Shown: positions 15,301 through 27,540 of the stretch, one piece after another
Layout of the letters: the number at the start of each line of letters is the position of its first letter
How positions within the stretch are numbered: the stretch's first letter is position 1
Source: Botryllus schlosseri
Lineage: Eukaryota
DNA length: 64,000 nt
NCBI GenBank assembly: GCA_051294905.1
Contig: CM119373.1
Coordinates: 560,001 to 624,000, forward strand
Direction of reading: 5' to 3'
The notes under the pieces: generated by a model
Seen by the model: the letters and a program-made list of their open reading frames with translations, nothing else
What the model was told of the DNA's origin: nothing
Databases searched by the model: none
Position numbers and translations under genes: made by a program

Positions 15301-18300
15301 GAAGTGATCGAAGCCTATAGTTTACGTTGTCGTTGTAAACTACTAGTAAAGTAATTCGATGGCAAACTATTTAGTTCTATTCTGTTCTTACCTTAACCAA
15401 ATCTCTTGTTAAATTGAAATTGCAGAATTTGAATATAGTTTATATAATATACTCCTCAACCATTGGCGCAGGCTCGAATTGTATGATATCAATATGTATA
15501 AATGGGTAATGTATTGCATCTCAATATTTAGTTTCTGTATTCTCTATTTTGGCTGGTAAATATAAACTGAAGCTCTGCAATTACTTACGCAGTTTAATAG
15601 TTCTATGTAAATGTGAGCGATACAGCGCCTTCTTGTATATATTTACCTATATTTTCGTTCATCGGTTCAAAATCAATGGCCACTCAATCTGTATTTCAGA
15701 CAATTAGTAAAATGAAATGACGTAATCATGCCTCATACTTCGGAAAGGCAACTTGACTTGAATTGTGACTTGACTCGTGACTTGACGTGACTTGATTCGA
15801 CTTGACTCGAGTCACCTCCAAAAATCGAGTGACTTGACTTGACTCGAGTCAAAATGCACAATGACTCGAAATGACTTGTGACTCGAAGGTAGTGACTTGA
15901 TCCCAACACTGCTGTGTAGTCGTGATCAACCCTCAGCATTGTCACAAAGTGCAATGACATAGATATTTTGCTTCAAAAACTGAACAACACGACCTTAATC
16001 GAATGAGAAACCAAGTAATATATTGTTAGTTTCAGATGTTCAACACTCTTCCTACTGTGCCACGGAGGTAGTCCAGAGCAAGACCCCAAGGTTGTATATA
16101 ATCAAGAAGGCGAGATTACCTTGTTATAAAAACAGACAAGCTTTTATAAGTTCCCTATAAAGTCACGACTCTGCTGACGCATGAGTCAGACTGTGGTTTG
16201 AGGAGGTGAAACTCTCTACCATGTTTCGAAAGTATGGATCAAATTAGTTGAGCAAACGCGGTCACTCATGGCTTGTTTGAAAGAAGACATCTCTGTCCAT
16301 GTGAATAGCATGTACTTATTCGCACTCGGTATACAATGTGGACTCCATAGGAGTCTAATAAAAACTTCTCCATTTTACAACAAAGGTATCTCTTCTTCTT
16401 GATTATAAACACGCTCGGTTGACCTGATCTCGTCTAGCTCCGTGGCGTAGTTGGTTAGGCGTTGACATTCTGAGTCCGACGATATATTACTTGTTGGTTT
16501 CGTATCCCATTGACGTTATGTTTTACAGTTTTGAAAAGTGAAGTGAAATTTTTCGGAAAAACCTACCGGTGCCAGCCGTTTAAACATAGGTAAACCGAGC
16601 TAACTACAGCAAGCTACAAATCAATTTCTGTTAAACTTAAAGTCTACCTACACAAAGCATTTACTAGTGTTGATGACAAATTAACAGAGCATATGCCGTC
16701 ACCTGAATATTTCTTGAATTTTTTTCTCATCTGCCTCAAGTTTGACTATTAGATCTTCACCGATGCTGGAAATTCTCGGCTCCACCCGCGTTGTGATCGT
16801 GCTCAGTTCGACGTGCATTTTCTCCAGCTCAATTTCATGCCTGTATATATTAATATTTATTTTTGTTACTATTTTTGTATGATTAGAAGTGGTCAAGGTC
16901 AGCAATGACCTAACTAACGTCACAGTAGATTGTTGTCATAATTAGACTCGGACAACTAGATAATTCCAGTAATGTAATCTAATTGTAATCGAATTTGCAC
17001 AATGCTTCATAGCTCTCGTTTTAATTCTAATCTAATTTGGAAAAAAAACATAGGAATAATTCTAATTCTAGTGTAATTTGATAAAACTGGGCAGCTATAT
17101 ATAAATAATTGAAGAGCTTCTTGGAGGTACAGAATTTCAATTTATAATTGAATAGTATATTGATATTGAAATAAACCCGAATATTTTTGGCTGACACTCG
17201 TCAGGGGTAATCGTCAGCAACTAGTATAGAATTGGAAAGAACATTGTATATCAACAATCGTATCACAAAATATGGCGTCACCAGCATGAAAGAGAGAGCG
17301 TTCAATGTACTATTTTTGGGTGGTACACGAACTCCTTTTGTTGACATAGTTTTGGTTGGTGTTTTTTGATAAAAGTCGACTTGAGTAACTAGGTTTCCCA
17401 TTTTCCCATCTGTTCATAGAATACTTGAGTCAAAGGCGTTGCTCGTGTACAAAAAACACCAACCAAAACTCTGTCAACAAAAGGAGTCAAATCGACTTGT
17501 GTATTACAGGATTAGGTTGGGCACAATTTTTCATGAACAAGCTAAATGTTTTCAACATATTTTTAACATTTAACATTTGTTTAACATATTGGCTCTAGTA
17601 ACCGCAGAAAGAACGTCGGCGACGAAACCATTGCACAAAATGATTGCCGCATGTTCGCCAAAATCTTCGATATTAATATGTCCTAGCGCCGAGTAATCTT
17701 GTCTTTTCCAAATGAGCCCAGCGGTATACAGAGCCGACCCGCAACACATGCAAATGACATTATTATTGACCGAATTAATTCATAAACTTTCGCGCATTAG
17801 GTCAAGGATGCACCCTGACAGAAGTCTTGTGTTTATCATTAAGCTACCTAATTCGCTCCTATCGGACGACAAAAAGGTCAATTAGGTCATCTACATTCAT
17901 GCGGTCCGCGCAATGGTCTGTAAATTTCATGTGGCCCTTTAGCCGAAAAGGTTGGCCACCCCTGCATTCATTAAAGATGATAGGCTGTATATTCATGTAT
18001 TTTTAACCATAGTTATTTCATTGCACTTTGTGACATCGCTGAGGTTGATCACGACTTCACACATAGGCCATTTCCAGTAATATGCATAGCTTTTATTACA
18101 TGTTTCGTATGCCAAGGTTTACAGACTTTTACAGTGGAAAATAGTATTGAAACTATAATTCACAATGATCAATCAACTCTTAGCGGTAAAGAAGGGTATG
18201 ATCTCAGGAATGGATCAAAATCATTAGAATTGATACTCAATTCAGACGAGACTACTCTAATCATTGGGCCCAGACCTACCAAGGACCTATACTTTGAGAA

Positions 18301-21300
18301 CCACTGTATTAAATCCCAGCTAGCTCGTTAATAACATACATAACTCAATCAATGAGACCAGCACTACTAAGAGCCCATAATTTGAGAACCACTGTGTCAA
18401 ATCTCAGTTAACTGGTTAATAGCATAACTCAATGAGATATTGTGCAAAGGAATCTGATACCACACCTTTCCTGTCTTCTTTTTGAGATTTTTTCAGTAAT
18501 GGAAGACTCGTGGTCAATCTTTTTGATGTCATTAGGTAGCCTCTGTACGTCCGCGATGTGTGGGTCCTGTTCATACTGGGAGAGTCGCCCGGCTATTTCC
18601 GCAGTAACTTGCCTGCAAAGATGATATCAGAATCAATTGTTGTGGGTTTTTGAGGTCTTGAGGCACTTGGACAACTAGATAATTCTAGTTGTTTAATTCG
18701 ACTAATTAGAGAAAAATGCAGGGAATCTAATTCTAATGTAATTTGTGAAATGTTTGAATATCTACTTTGAATCTTAATCTAATTTCTGGTTTTCCTGTAA
18801 ATGATATAGGAGAACCGCATCGGGCGAAACGAGCCTAACTTGCTTACACAGACATTTGCTGTTCTCATGCTCATAGGTAGAGCCCGACTACTATTGAATT
18901 TTCGGTCCGATACCGATAAAACCGATATCTAACACCTTCACCGATAACACCAATTATTCAGCCGTTATTTAAATAAGGTGGAATCTACCTCAAAATGCGC
19001 ATTTGAAAAACTTCAAAGCATTTATTGCTTTAGCTTTACAGCCATTGTCATACTTGAACATGAAATAAAAGGAAAGGCTCCATCTGCACAGTTTGAAAGT
19101 GTAACATACTTGAAATATAGCAACATTCTTAGTCTAGCGGTAAAGAATTAGAGTTTTCTGACTTGAAACCATTACGTTGTGACGTCACGAAAATTGCCGA
19201 TGTTTTTTCACCTCCAATGGTCGATACCGATAATTTTTTCAAAGTCTAATATCGACTTGATATCATCAGCGAACCGATAATCGGCCGGGCTCTACTTATA
19301 AGAATAAAGCATGATTTGATAGCAACGGAACTTGATCAATTCTAATGTAATCTGGGAAAAACTGCGTAGCTGTAACTCTAATTTTAATCTAATTCGGAAA
19401 AAAACTGTGTAGCTATAATTCTAATTCTACTCTAATTTGGTAAAACTGTGTAGGCCTGGTAATAATTCTAATTCTAGTCTAATTTGGAAAGAACTGTTTG
19501 TAGCTATAACTTCCATTCTAATCTAACTTTTCAACAGGGGTTAAACCCGCTCAGAGGCCAAACGCCAGACGCCAAACGCCGCGCGGCAGCCGAATGTCTA
19601 TACGGCGTTTGGCGTCTGGTTTTCTGAGACGCCGAGTAGCTATACGGCGTTTGGCGTCTGATATGGTGAGACGCCGAGTAGCTATACGGCGTTTGGCGTC
19701 TGCTATGTTCAGACGCCGAGTAGCTATACGGCGTTTGGTGTCTGTTCAGACGCCGAGTAGCTATCCGACGTTCGGCATCTGGTATGTTGAGAATAGGGTT
19801 TGATTTGAAGGTTGAGGCTTGAACAGGAGTTTTCTGCAGCTAAATCTAAGCAAACCATGTCATATCATTGGCCAGTGGGCAAGTGATTTGATGGTTGTTT
19901 CGTGTGTACCTGTTCTGTACACTGACTGTACCGTACACGCTATAAGTGAGGACATCGCGTGTGCTTCGGTGCTGGGTCGACATCGACACTGAATATCTGG
20001 CTGCTTGAGAACATACACGTTTCGTATTAGACAGGTCGTCAGTCACGTTACTACAGATACTGCATGATTTGTTGCTGGGAACTTAACCACCGCAAGAAGA
20101 TAACAGTATGTGACGTGTAGTAACAAGATATTTTATTGTTTTCTAGTAGGCCTATAGTTAGTTAGTGATTGATTCTAGACTAGACCGAAACAGATGCAAA
20201 ATCCTTTGTATCTCCACTTCTGTATCTCACTTTTTATCTCCACTGCTGTGGTAAATCAACAGTTCGCGTCACTGAGATCGTGTTCAAGACACACCTAAAA
20301 TTTCGTTTCCATATTACTCCGCAAAATTCTACACAACACAAGTATACTCCAACTGATCTTCGGTTGTGAGAAGTTCAAGGTTAAAGACCAGGATTCATGT
20401 TGGTTGGAATTGTGGAGTGCTTGCTTTGAAGGTTTGTGATGCGTTCACTTATTGAGATTTGAGAAAATTTATTTGTAATCTACTTTCACGTAATAGGCCG
20501 CCGAACTCTACCCGATGCAAACCTGGATTTTGATCATTCTCGACGAGCTTGCGAAAGCTACCGCCAGCAGTTTGGTCAAATCTTGCTTGATGCGACGGGT
20601 ATATTAGTCAATGTTGGATTAAAACCATTTTAAATACGTAGTATGTTTTGCATGCAGATGAATAAGAATTGGGAGATTATTGCATTGAATGCAGTGGTCC
20701 AAACCCAATAAAAAAGACATGAAATAGGTAGGGGAGATGTGGGACCGAAAATACTTGAAAAATTATCTGAGATAATCCTATGATTACAGTACGCGAATTT
20801 ATCTACAAATGCATGCTGGAAAAATCTTTCACACTAACAAACCAGCCATTATTTTTAATGTGAAGTGTAGGCCGTAGGGCTTGTATCAGGGTATATAATG
20901 CCACATCTTTTTTAATTCAATATCATCCTCGAGTTGACTATTTTCAATTCAATTACAATATTTATAGGGTGGGGGGGCCATAACCAAATCAAGCAAAATG
21001 TTTGAATCAACTAATCACTTAACAACAGAAACACGCCTACACATAGAGGCTGCAAAGCATAGTTTCCTGTGGTGCTTTATCACCATAACGAGGTAATTGA
21101 AGGTCAAAATGTCGATTTATGGGTAATATGTATGTGCCAATAATTTTGTTGGTTTGGGCGTAAATCGAAACATGATTTTACTCCAACATTTGAGTTGATA
21201 TAATCGAATAATCTATTTTATTCTTGAAGGTGGTCCCAGGTCCCATGGTTGTGTCACTCATGTGCCTTTGGACCTACCGAGTGGGGACCAATGATACGTT

Positions 21301-23791
21301 CGAACAACAAATTTTGAACGTTCATGAATATTTTTTGAAAAAGCGGATATTCATGTAAATGTCCAAGATACGTAGAGCTTGGATCAAAGTGTTGAGCCAG
21401 CAAAAGATATATTCTCGGCTGAAGATTTGAGGGCCAGAGATCATTTTGCAATTTTTGATCCATCGCAGGGTTGTAACCAAGTCACAAGGCTGCGAGTCAC
21501 AAGTGAATCTCACTCTTATAGTTTTGACTCGAGTCAAGTCGAGTCATTTTCAATTTACCACCGAGTCAAGTCCGAGTCCAAGTCATCGAGCAGAGGTCCG
21601 AGTCATGGTGTTATGACTCGAGTCCGAGTCCAAGTCATTGTGTTGATTGTGTTGACTGCTCACTTTCCAGTTAAGGTCATGTTAAACCCACTTTTATAAC
21701 TCTATTTGGTGATATCGAATGGTTCGCATTTATATTATACTAATGTTCCTCACATTTTGCTGTTTCTGGTCGCATTTTCAAGTACCAGTACTAATAGACA
21801 AAATCCCAATTAGGTGGTTACTATACTATTCTTCGAAATTACAATGAAATGTCGGTCTTTGCCGTCTGAGTCTCGAGTCATATGACTTGGTTCAAGTCAT
21901 GAGCAATGACTCGAGTCCAAGTCGAGGAGTCCAAGTCGAGTCAATACACAGATTTACTTGAGTCGAGTCATTTCCGTATTTTGAGAAAATGACTCGAGTC
22001 AAGTCGAGTCATCAGAAAATCGTGACTCGAGTCAGGACCACATCTTTCCTATGCAATTACGAGATTACATTTGTCAGGTATATTGATTCTAACTTGTTTC
22101 CAGGATGCGTGTGACGGCTGTGGTCGATGGACGCACGGGCACTGTTGCCCGGGGCAGCAGATACCTGATCCTGATTTTTATTGCATGCTATGTACCCAGA
22201 TGTAAATTCTGATGTTTATATATTTATTGGGGACATTTTACTGTGGTTTCGTTGCGTATTTACTAATGACTTTGACTGTGGTTTCGTTGCTTGTTTCATA
22301 ATGATTTTTACTGTGGTTCCACTGCTGATTTCTCAATGATGTTTGCTGTGGTTCCACTGCTTATTTCTTTGTGACTTTTTCTGTGGTTTCGTTGCTTGTT
22401 TCTAAATGACTTTTACTGTGGTTTTGTTGCTTGATAATTTTTACTGTGGTATTCGTTGCATATTTCTTATTGTGGTTTCATTACATACTGTATCTACAGA
22501 CTTGGGTCTGAAATTCATTGCGAGTGTACAAATAAAGGGTTGGGTTCAAGTCACGAGTCATTGCACATTTTGACTCACTCGAGTCAAGTCAAGTCATTTT
22601 AGCAAAGTGACTTGGGTCGAGTCAAGTCATACGAAAAAGGTGATTCGAGTCATCCCAACACTGATATGGGGTGGAGACAGGATTGTAACCAAGTCAATTT
22701 GACTAGAGTCATTTTCAATTCACCACCGAGTCAATTCCGAGAGCACTGGGTTGAGTCCAAGTCATGGTGTTTAATGTTCCCCCATCCAGCTCAGCTTCAG
22801 GTCACTTCTGTGGAACTGTCGGGGGTGATATCGAAGGCCTCGGATAATTCATATGTTCATTTTTCCCACTCTGAACATGTTTATTGTAACAGATAAAAGG
22901 CAGGTTTAGGGCCTATTTATCAGTCCTGATATACTATTCTTGAATAAGCCATAGAATGAGTAAATCGATTTTTAAGAAAATAACTCAGGTCAGCAAAAAA
23001 ATTGTGAGTCGAGTTAGTAGTATAACGACAGGAGGTGATCAAGTAGGTCTTTTTTTTTAATCTGAACATACAATCATTTGGGATTCTGCCAACGCCTATT
23101 ATGAAAAAAATGTAACAATATGCCATCTTCGGTATCATATAGTTGCGAGAACTCAATAGTCGCGCCATGAAAGGATTTAGCCTCTGCTCAGTTTACCGAG
23201 ACACCAAACGCCGTATAGCTACTCGGCGTCTGAACATAGCAGACGCCAAACGCCGTATAGCTACTCGGCGTCTCACCATATCAGACACCAAACGCCGTAT
23301 AGCTACTCGGCGTCTCAGAAAACCAGACGCCAAACGCCGTATAGACATTCGGCCGCCGCGCGGCGTTTGGCGTCTGGCGTTTGGCCTCTGAGCGGGTTTA
23401 ACCCCTTCTCTAACTTTTGCAACTTCATTAATTCTGATACAATCTGATTTTTAAAAACTGTGTAGCTACAATTGTAATTCTAATGCAATCTGGAAAAGCC
23501 GAAAATTTGCTAGTTGTCCAACTTTTTCCACAATATTTACCTGTATGTCACTGGATTCTCCGTTGAATAATCGTTTGGCATACCAACGGCCCATAACTTT
23601 TGTCTTGCAGTTAAAAGTTCTGTAGGAGGGCGAACTTTCTGTGGGCTTGCAGTGGACTGAAGAGCTGGAAAGCGCGTAATTCCTTTCTTTGAAGCTTGCA
23701 ACGAGTTTACTAGTTGTACTTCGGCGTCGAACATTTGCCGGTAGACTTTGCCGCTTGGTAGCACGCGGACTGGAACTTGCGTTTCAGCCAT
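386..23791 (-). CDS. CCDC180: Coiled-coil domain-containing protein 180 (CFAP76) ortholog, 15 coding exons, 3' end beyond the left edge of the window
   Basis: Exons read by hand with GT-AG sites and consistent phases (minus strand): 23541-23791, 18466-18612, 16703-16840, 14682-14835, 13849-13973, 12516-12650, 11735-11864, 10285-10443, 8986-9108, 8063-8191, 5324-5484, 4131-4296, 2683-2890, 1757-1835, 386-561. Peptides PSGKVYRQMFDAEVQLVNSL, PNDYSTENPV, LWDVHE, LDRLRQES and ELDLRKHLHQPRAKRIE match vertebrate CCDC180 as I recall it. Confidence 0.9.
1049..1240 (-). pseudogene. hAT transposase C-terminal (dimerization domain) remnant inside a non-autonomous element (~640-1546)
   Basis: Translation ...QPTTAAVECSFSILGKLL resembles the hAT PxxSAxxERxFS motif; flanked by ttttgac-rich subterminal repeats. 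Confidence 0.55.
2975..3830. repeat. ~41-bp tandem satellite (aaattagattagaattagaatgatagctacacagtttttcc)
   Basis: About 20 degenerate tandem units; related inverted copies near 17020-17100 and 19340-19530. Confidence 0.85.
4496..4966. mobile_element. hAT-type MITE (GACTCGAGTC-rich family)
   Basis: TIRs CAGGGTTGTAA...TTACAACCCTG and 8-bp TSD-like flanks ttggaagg/ttggaaga. Other copies at ~1951-2412, 6646-7175, 13333-13835, 21466-22035 and 24686-25275. Confidence 0.8.
6057..7567. mobile_element. Non-autonomous hAT-like element with a nested MITE (6646-7175)
   Basis: Ends CAGTGCTTCCCAACC ... GGTTGGGAACCAACT; interrupts the TAGTTC satellite. Confidence 0.6.
8625..8950. mobile_element. Small palindromic MITE (ctgacactag...ggggtaatcgtcagc family)
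   Basis: Inverted arms around 8640-8700 and 8820-8890; related copies at ~5056-5295, 14560-14660 and 17110-17290. Confidence 0.6.
18878..19294. mobile_element. hAT-type MITE
   Basis: TIRs TAGAGCCCG...CGGGCTCTA, internal ccgata repeats, imperfect 8-bp flanks ctcatagg/cttataag. Confidence 0.65.
22104..22205 (+). pseudogene. PHD-finger-like terminal exon inside the long-TIR element
   Basis: After acceptor ttgtttccag it reads DACDGCGRWTHGHCCPGQQIPDPDFYCMLCTQM* (CxxCxxWxHxxC...FxCxxC). Confidence 0.6.
22238..22480. repeat. ~34-bp minisatellite (ttttactgtggtttcgttgcttgtttc...)
   Basis: About 7 degenerate tandem units. Confidence 0.8.
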
Positions 23792-23977
23792 TTTATCCTT
23801 ATTTCATATAACAGTATCTCGCGGTAGGATACACTGAAATATTTGAATTCGTATCCGTCACATTTCAGTATCTTGCAGGCGGAAAGTTTCAAATGTAAGC
23901 TATAAACCGATACTTATTCACAGTTTTATGCTGTACGGTACCACGCACAGCAGCCGCAATAATTCAGTCTCAGCCGC

Positions 23978-23991
23978 GTTGCCATAGATAC
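23978..23991. promoter_or_regulatory. RFX X-box-like motif upstream of CCDC180
   Basis: GTTGCCATAGATAC, about 190 bp upstream of the CCDC180 ATG. X-boxes are typical of ciliary gene promoters. Confidence 0.55.
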
Positions 23992-24825
23992 CGCTTTTCT
24001 CATTCGGGCGTGACGATTGAGATGCTACTCGTAAAAGTCGTCTGATTTCACTCAAGACTATAGATAGTCACTTTCTATACTCAAGACAGACCAACAACAA
24101 TCATTAGGTATAATTTTCATCTGAACAAGTCACACACAATGTACAATGCGATAAGACACAATGCGTTGTAATGAACAGATCGGAGGATGCCGAACGACAC
24201 GCATCAGTAGCGAACTCTCTCACATCCACCTCGGCCTAGAGTGCCAGATGTCACTGTTCTTTTCGACGTTGATCTTTTTAACGCCGCGGTCCTTTCTACT
24301 TGTTCTTTCCATTCCTTGTGAATGCTTTCTTTCTTCGGGTCTTTTTTGTCGGGGGAAGAGGAGCCCAGATGAACCTCCGATGGGAATCGAATCCGGTCCA
24401 CCGGCTTAGTGAGCACTTATCGTTACCACTACGCGACCTATCGATCTCGCTTCCCATGACATGCCGCCCTATTTCTTGTCGCTTTCTTTTTCTATACTAT
24501 CTTCTTTACTTTCATTCAGTGTGCATGCCTCCTCTTTACATCGCCTAGGCCAACGTGGGTATGTCAGATTCCATAGACTACTCCTTGTCGCTTCGACATC
24601 TTCCTGTCTTTTCATTGTATCGCATTTTTTGTGGTGTATTGAACTGATAAAATTGCTAATAAACCAATGATGATGATGATGGTGCCAGGGTTGTAACCAA
24701 GTCACAAGGTGGCGAGTCACAAGTCAATCTCTCTTTTGTAGTTTTCTCTCAAGTTACGTTGAGTCATTTTCAATTCACCACCGACTCAAGTCCGAGACCA
24801 AGTCATCGAGCAGAGGGTCGAGTCC

Positions 24826-25095
24826 GAGAGAGAGAGAGAGAGATATGATATTCTTTCTCGCCTGCACCATCGAGATGCTTTGGCGACGGAGTTGCGATAC
24901 GGCCCCATGAGGTCATCTAGTCTGCGCCCCCGTTTTTTTTTTCTCCTCCATGCTATCCGTGATTGCTGAGCGCCTAGCAGGATAGCTGCGGATACCATTT
25001 TTCGAGTCTTTGGTATGACCCCCGGCCGGGGATCGAACCCACGACCTACCGCTCGAGAAGCCGGACGCATAACCATTACACTATCTCGCTCGGTC
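24826..25095 (-). mobile_element. tRNA-derived SINE (Meta-domain-like core) with (TC)n tail
   Basis: Minus strand: A box TAGTGTAATGG, B box GGTTCGATCC, then GTCATACCAAAGACT...AAAATGGTA...GGCGCTCAGCA, and a microsatellite tail. Confidence 0.75.
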
Positions 25096-25693
25096 TTGAG
25101 TCATATGACTTGGTTCGAGTCATGCGCAATGAATCGAGTTAAAGTCAAGTCAATACACAGTTTGACTCGTGTCGGGTCGAGTCATATCCGTATTTTGAGA
25201 AAATGACTCGAGTCAAGTCGAGGCATCAGAAAATCGTGACTCGAGTCGAGTCATGACTTGAGTCATTGCAACTCTGCATAATGTGATATAAAAGACACAA
25301 GGCGATGTAATGAAGAGATATGTGGCGGCCGCAACGGCCAAGTGGTACGATCTCAATACTGACATCCGTGTCCGATGTAGCCAGTGCAGGTGTGCTGTGC
25401 AGATTCAAATCAATTTATTTCTAACAGTTTGTATAATTTTTATTTCTTTTAGTAGGGCTAGCGTACGTCCAACTTCAGGAGGATTTGACCTCCTTTTTCA
25501 AGAAATTAAAAACGTTCTCATGTCTGGCAATTTGTCCTCCCTTATAGCTTTGACATCCAGACGATTCTACAGGCACCACTAAAAATGAAATGAATGACGC
25601 TAATTTTTCGGCGGCCGCAGTGACCCCAAGGACGACTAAAAATGGCGTTACTGCGGGTACGTGTCTGTGGAATCAGACACCCACCTTGGCCTA

Positions 25694-26659
25694 GGGGGTG
25701 GGCAAACTACGGCCCGCGGGCCGCATGCGGCCCTCGACACCGTTTTGTGCGGCCCGCGATGGTATAAAGAAATTTATCAAAAATATTGATAAAATGCGTA
25801 CTTAAAATCGAGTTATTGCAAGGACTGGATTAACCTTTTTCTTAGTATATTTCACCATAATAATTTTAAGACAGTGGTTGTCAAACGGAGGGGCGCACCC
25901 TCCTTGGGGGTCGTGAAAGTATTTGAAGGGGACGCGAAGCTGAGCTCAACTTAAATTCTTTTCGCGCTCCGCGCCATTCACATACAATTCTAGGGTAAAT
26001 ACTTCCTATATTACTTTCATGTTCAATTTCTGGCGCGACAGCCCGATCTCAAGGCCCACGCAGTTTGAAAGATTTCAACCGGTAAATATCACAGAAATCC
26101 TAAACAACATTGACATAATTCGGATCACGAGTGTGATTTCAGATTAGCCAGTCCAGGTTTAATTATTTCAGTGGTGTGCTTATAATAACGATTCACGCGT
26201 GTCTTAGGTAGATTCGTTTTCTGTAAGCGTACAATTAGGGGATTTATATTTTATCGACACATAGTAGAAGCGCATTTGAAGCTAACATGGTTATGATGCT
26301 TTCGGCATTGTGTGTCTTGGAGCTGTACCAAAAGTGGAATTGGTAAATCTATGAACAGATCGCTGTTCTCAGATTTAAATTTCAGTCCGTTTCTAGGAAT
26401 CGGGACAACCGACAAATTGGTTATTGCGGTCGACCAGCCTATGAAATCTCGCCACAGTTTCTCACGCTTGTCCCATTCATCAAAGTAATGTTTGGTTTGT
26501 ATTGAATAAGCATATATATTATCTCCATGTCATCACTATATGATAAAATGAAACACCACAACTGCGTTTTGGTGTATAGTCCCAATTTTATATAGTGCGG
26601 CCCGCGAATGGATTCAGATGTCGAATGCGGCCCGCGAGCTCTAAAGTTTGCCCACCCCC
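25694..26659. mobile_element. hAT (Charlie-like) MITE
   Basis: TIRs GGGGGTGGGCAAACT...AGTTTGCCCACCCCC, gcggcccgc subterminal repeats, and ggcctagg duplicated at both ends. It splits a repeat whose intact inverted copy is at ~24445-24580. Confidence 0.75.
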
Positions 26660-27221
26660 GGCCTAGGCGATGTAAAGAGGGGGGCATGTACACTAAATGA
26701 AAAGTAATTAAGATAGTATAGAAATAAGCAAGCGATAAAAATGGGCTGGCAAATCATGGAAGGCGAGATCGATAGGTCAGTCGTGGTCCGTTAGTAATTG
26801 CTTGTATTTTAGGGTTGCCATACGTCCTCCTTTTTCGGGTTTTTGAAAATGTCCTCCGAATACGCCTAAATGTCCTTCTTTTTGAGATTTTGTCCTCTTT
26901 TTAGGAATTTCGGTCAAATTGATGGTAAAATTCGACTAAGATGCCGCAGATCGGCACCGAAGTGACGCTCCGGCGGGTATTCCGGGAGCTTACCGAAAGT
27001 GGACCTCTTTTTTATTTAGTCAACCACCCGACAATGTGAAGGAAAAAAACTTAATTTTTGGCACAGAACGATACAGATGACCTTATTTTATTTTTAGTCA
27101 ACCGACTACGAAGTGGTAGAAATTTACCACTTTTTCAGGATTTCCGATTTTCCACCGGTATTCTGTGTTTGAAAATTTTGAAAAACTGTCCTCCTTTCCC
27201 TATTAGTAATTGCTTGTATTT

Positions 27222-27540
27222 CCACTTGATTATGGAGAATTGGACATGCTCGTCGACTGTTGGAAGGCCGGCGGGATACTGTTACACACATCGGGTCCGG
27301 CATATTTAATGGAGCGATGATCTTTTCGGTTGATCATATGATATTTGGACGACGTGGACGCGCGTGTGTTGTACTTGTGCGCTTTTGATTCCAAGGTAAA
27401 AAAAAAAGTCATTGAAATATTCGGGGCCACGACCGCAGTGGAACTGATACATAAACTTGGCGATTTCTAGTTTCCGCATATTTTCTATGTTTAGGACACC
27501 GAGTCTCTTCAGCAGCGACTTGTTGGGTTCAGGTGCATTA
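27222..27540 (-). mobile_element. 3' fragment of a non-LTR retrotransposon (CR1/L2-group ORF2 C-terminus)
   Basis: Frameshifted translation LGVLNIENMRKLEIAKFMYQF...HKYNTR...RSIKYAGPDVCNSIP. Confidence 0.6.

Larger units (their letters stand above)
19536..23406. mobile_element. 3.9-kb foldback-like DNA element with ~210-250-bp TIRs in CCDC180 intron 1
   Basis: 19536-19790 is the reverse complement of ~23195-23406 (AGGGGTTAAACCCGCTCAGAGGCC...). Each arm holds ~39-bp tandem units (agacgccgagtagctatacggcgtttggcgtctg). Confidence 0.8.

Noticed and set aside
16436..16510. tRNA gene
   Set aside because: A-box-like TGGCGTAGTTGG but a degenerate B box and no cloverleaf; at most a decayed SINE head.
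19594..19803. Arg-rich repeat ORFs (also 23143-23391)
   Set aside because: By-products of tandem units within transposon TIRs.
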